From positions 1 through 44,921 of the forward strand of contig JALGVI010000013.1 in assembly GCA_029838215.1 (NCBI GenBank): a DNA stretch of 44,921 nt, written 5' to 3'. The translations under genes were made by a program, and so were the position numbers. Below, one piece after another: positions 9,791-18,223 of this stretch. This DNA comes from Candidatus Helarchaeota archaeon (GTDB lineage Archaea > Asgardarchaeota > Lokiarchaeia > Helarchaeales > RDOG01). The notes below the pieces were generated by a model, which saw only the letters and a list, made by a program, of their open reading frames with translations, was not told the DNA's origin and ran no database searches. Positions within the stretch are counted from its first letter, which is position 1. Every line of letters starts with the position of its first letter.

Positions 9791-9804
9791 AAAAGTTAAC
9801 TTTT
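9791..9804. promoter_or_regulatory. Perfect 14-bp palindrome AAAAGTTAACTTTT, probable antitoxin operator
   Basis: Lies 27-40 nt upstream of the antitoxin start, where TA autorepression operators normally sit. Confidence 0.5.
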
Positions 9805-9930
9805 CAAATTTTGTACTCGTAGCTTATTGACAGATAATAGCTTCTTTTTATCAAAGCTTTTAACGATAAAATTAAAAGAATCGAAAAATTTTTTATTCTT
9901 GAAAAAAGTTGAAAAATGGAGTCATGAAAA

Positions 9931-10365
9931 ATGCGGTATGAATTGGAAGATTTTGGAGTTTCAATTGATGTGAAGGAGTGGGCTCACAAATATTTCAAGG
10001 AACATAGAAGACACGTGTTTAGAAAGGACCCTGAAGAACCATTTCCTAACTTGCAGGTGCGAGTTGATGATGTTGCAGAAAGTAATCTGCATGAATCCAC
10101 GGATGTTTTAGTAGAGACCATAAAAAAACAATTTCCAGATGAAGTCAGGATTGAAGATGTTCAAAAAAGTAGGATTAAGGATTTTCCGGCGATTTCAATG
10201 CGTGTAAATGGAATTGAAGAGAATGGCTTGGAATTGATGATGTTAAATTATATCATTTCAACGGGTGAAAAACTGATAATGCTTCGTTTCATCTTAAAAA
10301 CGGAGCAGTTTGAAACACATGTAGATGAAATTCAAGAAATAGCTCAAAGCATAGAAATAATTTGA
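9931..10365 (+). CDS. Hypothetical protein, probable PsbP/Mog1/DcrB-like fold
   Basis: Pattern of strand, helix, strand hairpins (KIKDFPA-like SRIKDFPAISM, MMLNYII, LIMLRFI) and a terminal helix ending IAQSIEII. No signal peptide. Confidence 0.5.
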   Translation: MRYELEDFGVSIDVKEWAHKYFKEHRRHVFRKDPEEPFPNLQVRVDDVAESNLHESTDVLVETIKKQFPDEVRIEDVQKSRIKDFPAISMRVNGIEENGLELMMLNYIISTGEKLIMLRFILKTEQFETHVDEIQEIAQSIEII

Positions 10366-10369
10366 AAGG

Positions 10370-10402
10370 AATCGAAGTAAATTCGATTGACTTCTTTTTT
10401 TT
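10370..10402 (+). terminator. Hairpin followed by an oligo-T tract
   Basis: AATCGAA-GTAAA-TTCGATT followed by T8, immediately after the stop codon at 10365. Confidence 0.5.
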
Positions 10403-10496
10403 CTCTATTTTTGTTACGTGTTATTCTCGTGATATTCGGTTTCTAATCTTTTTTTTGTAATAGATCAGGTGGTGACGATTGAGAAGACGTGATTAA

Positions 10497-11780
10497 ATGA
10501 TGCCTAAAAATGATATTTCTGGTCTTGAGGAAGCAACGACAGAGCCAACGGGTTTAGATTGCTTGCAAGGGCTTGATTTTAACGCGACCATGAGCGGAGT
10601 CTCAGGTTTGCGAAGACCTTTAAATCCTTTAGGCGTCGATGAGTTAAATGAAATCAGAGTCATGAATTTTGAGTTTGATATGTATCTCAAGAATCTCTTG
10701 GAATATCGATTGGAAGATGTCATAAAATTCGGACGGCAATTTTCGCTTGACATCCTTGTTAATTATCTAAAAGATGATTTAAATTTTGGCAATCCTCTAT
10801 ATTTTGATTCTTATTTGAGCATAATCCAGCAATATGGACTTGCAGACGTTAAAGTCATTAACGGTCAAGGAAAACAGGCTTTATCAACGGGATTCAATTT
10901 GGCTTTCTTTGGGGATCCCGGCACCGGAAAAACATTTGCCATTGATGATATTATTCGTGGGAATGAGTCAAACGGCATTGAGCCGCATGGATTACCCGGA
11001 AGGAATCGTTTCTGTGGGGGAATGACGGCACCTCGATTTATTCGTATTGGAGAGGCATATCACGATCTAAAATTTAATTTCATAGTGCCCGAATTTAATG
11101 ACTGGTTCAAATATAAGGGAATGATCGAACCATTAAAACTGGCAATGGAGCACAAGCAGCTTCGATATGAGATTAAAGATGAAGCGATCGGTCCTTATGA
11201 ATTCACTTCATTTTTTTCGGTGAATTATAACGTAAAGACAAAGCTTGGTCGAAGCAATACAAGGCGAAATTACAAGGTCACGGTTTCGGATCCGAATTTC
11301 AATGCGATTGAAGATAGAATGCTTTGCCGGCTTCACGTATTAACGAAGAACAGATACAATGCAATAATAGATAGCCAGAGGAGGATGTCATTAGGGCTTG
11401 TTTCGATGCATTTGGCAAAAAAGATCCGGGATCACGTCACGCTACTTCACGCCATACAGACATCCCATCATTTAACAGCGAAAGAGTTTCCATCCAAACC
11501 CGTCTTGCTCACGGACAATGTTTATGAAAAATTGGAGGATGCGAGGCACCACCTGTTCAATGAATTGCCTGAAGATACGATTCAATTTAGTCCGCGATTA
11601 GAATTTCGAGCCATCAAGTTGGCTTGCGCTGCTTCCTTATTGACGCATTTTCAGCAGGATGATTACTTGCTCATAACAAAGCAGGCACTCAAGCTAGCAA
11701 TTCGATTTTTCATTGAAGAAGCATTATTGAGATCAGGAAGCGATGCGGATATCGAGAAAATTCTTTCGAGGATTTTCTAA
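10497..11780 (+). CDS. Divergent MCM-like AAA+ ATPase (motor domain only)
   Basis: Walker A GDPGTGKT (10911-10934), Walker B-like IVPEFND, LKLAME (MCM IHEAME), Arg-finger-like EDRM and sensor-2-like SPRL. Confidence 0.7.
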   Translation: MMPKNDISGLEEATTEPTGLDCLQGLDFNATMSGVSGLRRPLNPLGVDELNEIRVMNFEFDMYLKNLLEYRLEDVIKFGRQFSLDILVNYLKDDLNFGNPLYFDSYLSIIQQYGLADVKVINGQGKQALSTGFNLAFFGDPGTGKTFAIDDIIRGNESNGIEPHGLPGRNRFCGGMTAPRFIRIGEAYHDLKFNFIVPEFNDWFKYKGMIEPLKLAMEHKQLRYEIKDEAIGPYEFTSFFSVNYNVKTKLGRSNTRRNYKVTVSDPNFNAIEDRMLCRLHVLTKNRYNAIIDSQRRMSLGLVSMHLAKKIRDHVTLLHAIQTSHHLTAKEFPSKPVLLTDNVYEKLEDARHHLFNELPEDTIQFSPRLEFRAIKLACAASLLTHFQQDDYLLITKQALKLAIRFFIEEALLRSGSDADIEKILSRIF

Positions 11781-12352
11781 TTGAAAAATGCATCCAGCGT
11801 TTTCGCCTTGCTTTTCTTCTTTTTCTTCTTTCGGGGCTTTGACGCTACAGGTTTTTTCTTTTTAATCTTCTTCGGCTTCTCTTCTTCAACTTGGAGTTTT
11901 TTCTCTTGTTTCTTTGGCTTCTTTGTCTTTGGTACTGTTTTGGTTTTAACTTTAGCGGGTTTTTTCATTACGTCGCGAGAAATCGGTTTTACTTCAAGAG
12001 GTTTTGGTGGCGGTGGTTTCTCAATGATTAGGGGCTCTGTTTTTGGGAGATGTTGCAAGGGTTCTTCTTCGACATCCTGTAATAAATTGAAATCAGGAGA
12101 CCAATCAAGAGGGAATGGAGGACTCCAAATATCTGCATTTTTAAAAATTAGGAATCCGTTTTCACGACTTACGAAACCCTCTTGAAGTGCAAGATGAAGT
12201 ATTTTTTTTGCATCCGTGAAGGAGCACCCTTCGAAATGGTCGTAACACAAACCGAGAATGAATTCATCTTCCGTAATCTTGAATTTGTTTTTAATACGAA
12301 AAGGAATGGATGAGCTCCAAAGCAGGTCTTTTCTGGAAAGAACCATGACCAT
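11777..12352 (-). CDS. DUF2240-family archaeal protein with a Pro/Lys-rich tail
   Basis: ITEDEFILGL...AKKILHLALQEGFV...PLDWSP core and a low-complexity Lys-rich C-terminus ending TLDAFFN. Confidence 0.7.
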   Translation of the reverse strand: MVMVLSRKDLLWSSSIPFRIKNKFKITEDEFILGLCYDHFEGCSFTDAKKILHLALQEGFVSRENGFLIFKNADIWSPPFPLDWSPDFNLLQDVEEEPLQHLPKTEPLIIEKPPPPKPLEVKPISRDVMKKPAKVKTKTVPKTKKPKKQEKKLQVEEEKPKKIKKKKPVASKPRKKKKKKSKAKTLDAFFN

Positions 12353-12494
12353 CTCCGACGAGGTTTGGCATCAAGAATTCTTTTCTTGAGATTTACAAAA
12401 CTTACTTAATAAAAGATTCTCAGATGATTATATAAATAAAAATTCAGTTTCGTTTAAAAGAAAGATAACAATTTGGTCGAACATCTCGGATTGA

Positions 12495-13547
12495 GTGAAA
12501 AAATCGTTCTTGGTGATTTTAATTAAGATATTAATCATGAATGCGCCGATGAAGAAGCTGGGTGGACAATTTGATGCGCCTGCCTATTTGGCATACTACC
12601 TGCATAAAAGTGGTCATCCCACTTGCGTGATTGGTAATGTTAATACGAAATTTTTGAAGATTAATCGCTTAAAAACGATAACGTTTTTAATGGCAAGTTT
12701 TCCAAAATTGATCTTGCACGATTTTGACGTGATTCATGTCCATTTTACTCAATATTTGGTACCGACTCTCGTAAAGAAAAGAGCAAAAAAAATCCTGAGT
12801 ACTCAAGGAAATTTCGTTGAGGGAATGTATCGAGATTATGGAAGACTTCTTGGAAGAGTTGCAGGGAGTTTTGAGAAATTCATTTACAAATTTATTGATG
12901 GGGTCATAATAGAAAGTGATGAGGAGGCAAGAATTTGTCAGAAGTATGGCGTGAAGTACAAGTACATACCTAAACTTTACCCAACCAATCCTTCATTTTA
13001 TCCGAGTGAAGCGGAAGTCCTTCATAAGAATCAAATCATATACGCAGGGCGGCTTTTTAGGATAAAAGGTCCGGATATTCTGATAAATGCAATGCAACAC
13101 GTTAATGCAAATTGCATTATTTGTGGGACAGGACCAGAAGAGATGAATTTAAAACGTTTAACAAAAAAAATAGGCGTGTCAGGTAAAGTACATTTTCTCG
13201 GCTTTCAAAATTGGGACAGGTTAATTAAATTAATACGGGGATCAAAAGCACTCATTATTCCCAGCCGTTCGGAAGGCATTCCTCGAGTTCTCATTGAAGC
13301 CATGTCAGTAGGCACGCCCGTAATTGCATCAAGAGTAGGGGGCATTCCAAGAATCATTAAGGATTCCAAAAACGGCTTTCTCGTGCAGAGCAGTGACGTG
13401 ATGGGATTGGCTAAGGCAATTTCCCGAATTCTGACAGATGATGATTTACGAGCAGGACTTAGTGAACAGGCTTCAAAAAGCATTGCAGAACATTTTGACT
13501 GGGAAAAAGCAATAAAGCAAACAATAGAATTTTATGAATCAGCATGA
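12495..13547 (+). CDS. GT4-family glycosyltransferase
   Basis: FDVIHVH, YAGRL...KGPDILI, IPSRSEGIPRVLIEAMSVGTPVIASRVGGIP. The true start may be slightly downstream. Confidence 0.95.
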   Translation: MKKSFLVILIKILIMNAPMKKLGGQFDAPAYLAYYLHKSGHPTCVIGNVNTKFLKINRLKTITFLMASFPKLILHDFDVIHVHFTQYLVPTLVKKRAKKILSTQGNFVEGMYRDYGRLLGRVAGSFEKFIYKFIDGVIIESDEEARICQKYGVKYKYIPKLYPTNPSFYPSEAEVLHKNQIIYAGRLFRIKGPDILINAMQHVNANCIICGTGPEEMNLKRLTKKIGVSGKVHFLGFQNWDRLIKLIRGSKALIIPSRSEGIPRVLIEAMSVGTPVIASRVGGIPRIIKDSKNGFLVQSSDVMGLAKAISRILTDDDLRAGLSEQASKSIAEHFDWEKAIKQTIEFYESA

Positions 13548-13576
13548 TTTTAAGTGTAATGATAAAAAAAATGCGA

Positions 13577-15487
13577 TTATTTACCCAGATCTCTGAGCTG
13601 TGAAAGTAATTTATCAATGGAATTTTTACTTTTTGTTACTTTCTTCTCGAGGTCGTTTTTCAGCTTGCGATATGCAGCTGGTGTCAGGCGTTTTCGTTGT
13701 CGATATCGAATTTCTAATAGTTTCAGGCTTTCTCTATGCTGATCACGTTCGGCTTCTCGAACTTCGAGCTTGTCAACGATTTCCTTATAGATTCCACCAG
13801 CAGTCCGCATATCACTTTTTAAATCTTTCAATTCAGTTTCAAGATCGAGTATCTTTCGATCTATATTCTTGAATTCCATGCGATATTCACGCTTACGGAT
13901 TTTCCCCTTGCGCAAGTTAGTTTCTAGGCGTTCAAGTTCGTAGTCATGAGCAATTTTCTCTGAATAAAGGTCTACAAATTCTTGAATTACTTTTGGAACC
14001 ACGACTTTTGGTCGGCGAATGAGTAATTTTTCGCTGGGTAATTCCCTGCGCAGGACCACATAGGCGAAAATGACAGCGGAAATTATTGCCATAATGAAAG
14101 CGGGACGCCACCAATTTAGAATGTAGGTTCCTAATGCATTAAACTGGCAAGAAATGTCGATGTCATCCATATCAGATAGATTCTCATAGGAAAACTTGAG
14201 AGAGACACGACCGTTTTGTGTAGTGACTTCAGGAACAGAGGGAGAGACTGTTTGTATCGAGGCACCATAAGGTAACAAGTATTCAATAGTGGCACTATCT
14301 ATTAAAAATGGGTACTGATCGAGTGAAATAATATCTCCTTTGAAAAAGTGTTCATCTCCAATAACTTGCACGTATTGCTCATATGGAAGGCGATATTCGA
14401 TCCAATAAGTAGTTTCCTGATTTTTTGATAATGCACGCCGATTTTCTGACCATAATACCGAGATTTGTTGATAAGTTGGAGTTTCTGCTTGAGTGGAGAA
14501 ATCTTGACTTTTTACAAATAATTTTAGAAAAAGGGAGTTAAGGGGTTGAATAAACGCCGACGATTTTGGCCACCACGGCATGCTGGTTAAAAAATCCTCA
14601 AGAGGATTTATTGTCAAGTCATTGGTTATTAAAAGGCTGGTTGAATCATATACCTTCACGCTATTTGGAACATAATCACCAGGAATGTTAAAACTCCACT
14701 GTGATAGCGCTACATCGCCCAGATTTTTTATCGTGTGTTTTTCTTTTATATAAATAAGTCCCCATTCGTCAAAGCGAACTTCTCTTTCTAAAGAAATGCA
14801 CCTGACAATGCCTCCAGAATCTTGAGTCAAGGAGAAAATATAAGTAAATGATTCGGATGTTAGCGGCGATATATTTGTTCCCGAATACGATGATTCGGAG
14901 GATGATTGAGCATTTAATGACTGGGAAATGGAAGTAGAGTAAGAAGATATGGTATATGGTGAGACGGGATGTTTTCCAAGTGAAAGAACATATTGATTTG
15001 TCAAGCTGAAATCGATGGCATTACCATAAATAATGACAACTTTAAAATCGTATATTTGATCAGGTAGAAGAGGTGAATCTGCATACACGTTCCATTTTAA
15101 GTAACCGTCTCCGGAATATACCTGCTTTTTCATCGTGAGAGGAACATTATTTGAAGATGCTTCAATAAAGAAGATATTCGATTCATCAGAATATGGAACG
15201 GCAATCTGAATGTATTGCTTTGAAATGGGTAAGAGGTTTTTAACTTGATACTGATCGATGACTTCGACAACAGCATGAATCTTTATAGATACGATACGAT
15301 TGACTTGAATGACTTGAATGGCATTTTCATCCTCGATAACAGGTAATGAACAGGATTGAATGTCAAGCGGTTTCGTATTATCGCATGAAACATCGGTTTG
15401 CAGAGGTTGCATTACTAACATAGCCATTAGAGTAATGCTAAACATTATCAGTCCGAAAATCAAAAAGAAACGTACCTGCTTATTCAA
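13577..15487 (-). CDS. Ribophorin I (OST1/RPN1)-like protein
   Basis: N-terminal signal/TM segment, two lumenal beta-sandwich repeats (VNRIVSI...DQYQVKN and LEREVRFDEWGLIYIKEKHTIKN), YLLPYGA, a TM helix after WWRP, and a C-terminal cytosolic coiled-coil. Confidence 0.75.
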   Translation of the reverse strand: MNKQVRFFLIFGLIMFSITLMAMLVMQPLQTDVSCDNTKPLDIQSCSLPVIEDENAIQVIQVNRIVSIKIHAVVEVIDQYQVKNLLPISKQYIQIAVPYSDESNIFFIEASSNNVPLTMKKQVYSGDGYLKWNVYADSPLLPDQIYDFKVVIIYGNAIDFSLTNQYVLSLGKHPVSPYTISSYSTSISQSLNAQSSSESSYSGTNISPLTSESFTYIFSLTQDSGGIVRCISLEREVRFDEWGLIYIKEKHTIKNLGDVALSQWSFNIPGDYVPNSVKVYDSTSLLITNDLTINPLEDFLTSMPWWPKSSAFIQPLNSLFLKLFVKSQDFSTQAETPTYQQISVLWSENRRALSKNQETTYWIEYRLPYEQYVQVIGDEHFFKGDIISLDQYPFLIDSATIEYLLPYGASIQTVSPSVPEVTTQNGRVSLKFSYENLSDMDDIDISCQFNALGTYILNWWRPAFIMAIISAVIFAYVVLRRELPSEKLLIRRPKVVVPKVIQEFVDLYSEKIAHDYELERLETNLRKGKIRKREYRMEFKNIDRKILDLETELKDLKSDMRTAGGIYKEIVDKLEVREAERDQHRESLKLLEIRYRQRKRLTPAAYRKLKNDLEKKVTKSKNSIDKLLSQLRDLGK

Positions 15488-15703
15488 GGATGATTCGACC
15501 TCTAAACCGCTTTGTATCGAATTTCATTCAAACCATTTTTAGACTTTTGGTTCAAACTCTTGAGATAATGATTTCTAGTTCGTTTTTAAAATTTATTCAT
15601 GAACAAGATCAACGTAAGAATCGATGGTTCGAGTTTTTCTAATATAAAATAATGATGAAGTTAGGTAAATAAAGAAGTTTCAGGAATGCAAAAGAAAATA
15701 AAT

Positions 15704-17365
15704 TCACTCAAAAAATTGAATGGGGAGAGTCACGGGTTCTTCTGTCGTGTATTGTAGTTTACTTTCGATCCACTTTATTTTTTGATTAAGAAACTGCAGT
15801 TGATTCTTGCACTCTTGCAATTTCTGACGGTATTGTTGTCTTTTCAAGAAATCAAGGGGGTCTCCAGAGATTTTACGCTCCAAGGTTTTCAAATCTTCTT
15901 CAAGCAAGATTTTTCTTTTTTGGAGATTCAATAGCATCTCTCCGATTTCATCGTGCACGTGATTGTTAAATGTAGACTCTTGAGATCTTATCATTGGAGG
16001 TGGACGGGGCACAGAATTAAATTGCCTTGACACGGGATTATTTGTGAAATAGTGAGCTTTTTGATTTTGATTTGGTTGAAATGAAATCGGATTTTGAATA
16101 TAAGGGGATTGTCTTTGAGTGGCTTGAACAGATGCTTGTGTCATACTCTGATCAAAAATGTTTTGCAGGTGATCAACGGCTTGCTCGATTTTCTCCTTAA
16201 GTTCATTTAAATCACACGCCGTTTCGGAGGCATCCATTAACGTTGCCATTAGTTTGTCAGAAACTTGATGAATGGAAAAATTGGAGGCTATTTCAAAGTA
16301 TTTCAAGATATTATCGTGCATTGTTTTCTTTGCAGCGAATTTTATTAAGCCTCGGTCTGTTTCCAATTGCAATCGCTTAAAAATATGCCCAACCATGCTC
16401 ATTTTCTCAAGACCATCCAGAAACATTTCAAACGTTACTTCAAGGTCAGAAAAAAATATTCCTTTTTTCTGAATGAAAATCAATCGTTGGTCAGTTAACA
16501 CCAAAGAACCTTTTTGACTGTTTAATCTTGCAAGAGTGCATTCTTTTATTTTAACGTTATCAAACATGGCAATTGGGAGTTCTTCAGGTAAGAGCGTCAT
16601 GATTGGAAGAATGGTCGAAAATTTATCCTTGAATGAAATTAACTCATGGATTGCATCAGAAACATAAGTTAACTTTTCTTTGGAATCTCGAAGGAGATCG
16701 TCGACATAGGCACGGAAAGTGGTGATGGTATCCTTGATTTGATTTAGAATCGTATCATAATAAGCAAAGTTTTGAGGTGCCCAACTTTCGGTATAATTGA
16801 GTTTTTGGACTTGTTGTTGAAGCAAAGGCATTTTCTGAGCTAGTTTGACCAAAAGTCTTTCCTTATAAAGAGGTAATGCATTTAAAACTTCCAAAATATA
16901 TGTTTCTAGTTGATAGTCGTGTAAAAATGCTGCAGAGCGGAGCTTGATTAATGTTCTTTTTAAAATCCGCATTTTTTGTTGAACTTCTTGAAGACTATCA
17001 TGAGCATGCATCAAGGTCATGATTTGTGAACGAAATTCTTCTACAAACGAGCGATTCTTGCCTGCTATGGATACTATCTGGACGTGACGACAACTAGGAC
17101 ACATTTTATGGTTGCTGATTCCCTCTTTCAAGGCAGTAGACTTGCAAGTCCTGCATTTTATCTTGCTTGATTTATTTTGCAAGTCGTCTTGCATGATTTT
17201 AGTGCCACATTTCATGCAATAGAGAAATTTTTTCTTCTCTTCTTCAACACATCTTGAGCACAAAATCACGTTGCAATTGTTGCAATAATACGTGGCAACC
17301 CGTTCATTGCATATATTGCATGATGACTCTTTTCCGATTCCTTGCTGGACCCATGAAGAATTCAT
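15704..17365 (-). CDS. Zinc-finger (B-box-like), coiled-coil, PH/GRAM-like and coiled-coil multidomain protein
   Basis: Six CxxC pairs in the first ~95 aa, a long helical region, GSLVLTDQRLIFIQKKG (GRAM/PH start), a Q/N/P-rich linker and a C-terminal heptad region. Confidence 0.6.
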   Translation of the reverse strand: MNSSWVQQGIGKESSCNICNERVATYYCNNCNVILCSRCVEEEKKKFLYCMKCGTKIMQDDLQNKSSKIKCRTCKSTALKEGISNHKMCPSCRHVQIVSIAGKNRSFVEEFRSQIMTLMHAHDSLQEVQQKMRILKRTLIKLRSAAFLHDYQLETYILEVLNALPLYKERLLVKLAQKMPLLQQQVQKLNYTESWAPQNFAYYDTILNQIKDTITTFRAYVDDLLRDSKEKLTYVSDAIHELISFKDKFSTILPIMTLLPEELPIAMFDNVKIKECTLARLNSQKGSLVLTDQRLIFIQKKGIFFSDLEVTFEMFLDGLEKMSMVGHIFKRLQLETDRGLIKFAAKKTMHDNILKYFEIASNFSIHQVSDKLMATLMDASETACDLNELKEKIEQAVDHLQNIFDQSMTQASVQATQRQSPYIQNPISFQPNQNQKAHYFTNNPVSRQFNSVPRPPPMIRSQESTFNNHVHDEIGEMLLNLQKRKILLEEDLKTLERKISGDPLDFLKRQQYRQKLQECKNQLQFLNQKIKWIESKLQYTTEEPVTLPIQFFE

Positions 17366-17500
17366 TCAAAAAACCTCAATCAATAGGATGGCGCCAAATA
17401 AAGTAAGAAGCGTTCTGAATTCATAAAAAACTGAATATCACGCAAATAATACCTGACTCAAATCCGAATCAGAAAAAAAAGCATTCATGAGTGAAAATAT

Positions 17501-18223
17501 CTAAAAAAATGATGTCAAAGAAGATTTTCGGGGAAGTGAGATGAATGTAAATCTTTTTCGAAGAGGTAAGGCAACATTATATATAGGGACGGCACCTTCA
17601 AATGCGAATTTCTTTCCAAGATGAGCATGTCCGTGGACCACGACATCGATTTTCTCCTTGAAGACGGAACGACCCATTTTTTTAGAGCCAATATAAGGAT
17701 AAGTTCCGGGTCTTTCACCAACCACCGTCTTGTATGTTGGTGGATAATGGAGAAGGAGAATTTTAATATCTGCATCCAATTGTTTCAGAAGTTTCTGTAT
17801 CATCTCAATTCGATTTGAATAAGTTTCATGTATTCCAGGAATGTTTTTTTGTTGCCACCAAGTGGGACGATCGAGCACCCCTTTAGAGCCAACGATTCCT
17901 ATCGTCTTGTTTTTTATTTCCAATATGGTTGATTCATCATTTAGAAATGATATTCTTTCTCCTGCAATTGCTTCTATTTCCTCCCAAAGGGGATCGTATT
18001 CTTCATTTCCGAATACGGCGATAATGGGACTTCTTAGTTTTTCAAGAGGCTTCATCACGAGTGGTACTTCGTTTATATCTCCTTTGAGGATCATGTCTCC
18101 TGCTAATAATAAAAGATCGCAATTTTGTAGCTTCGAAGCGGCTCTTTTAATTGCTTGTTGATATAACGGCAAGTATTTGGGAGCATGGACGTCGCTTATG
18201 GCTCCTACTAGAATTTTCTCCAT
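17501..18223 (-). CDS. Calcineurin-like metallophosphoesterase
   Basis: ISDVH, LAGDM, VFGNEE, LLHYPP and HGHAH motifs. ATG at 18223 overlaps the ino1 stop codon (TAATG) and is preferred over 18262. Confidence 0.9.
   Translation of the reverse strand: MEKILVGAISDVHAPKYLPLYQQAIKRAASKLQNCDLLLLAGDMILKGDINEVPLVMKPLEKLRSPIIAVFGNEEYDPLWEEIEAIAGERISFLNDESTILEIKNKTIGIVGSKGVLDRPTWWQQKNIPGIHETYSNRIEMIQKLLKQLDADIKILLLHYPPTYKTVVGERPGTYPYIGSKKMGRSVFKEKIDVVVHGHAHLGKKFAFEGAVPIYNVALPLRKRFTFISLPRKSSLTSFF

Noticed and set aside
11781-12185. 134-aa Phe-rich ORF on the + strand
   Set aside because: It is the antisense shadow of the Lys-rich DUF2240 tail (AAA/AAG codons read as TTT/CTT).
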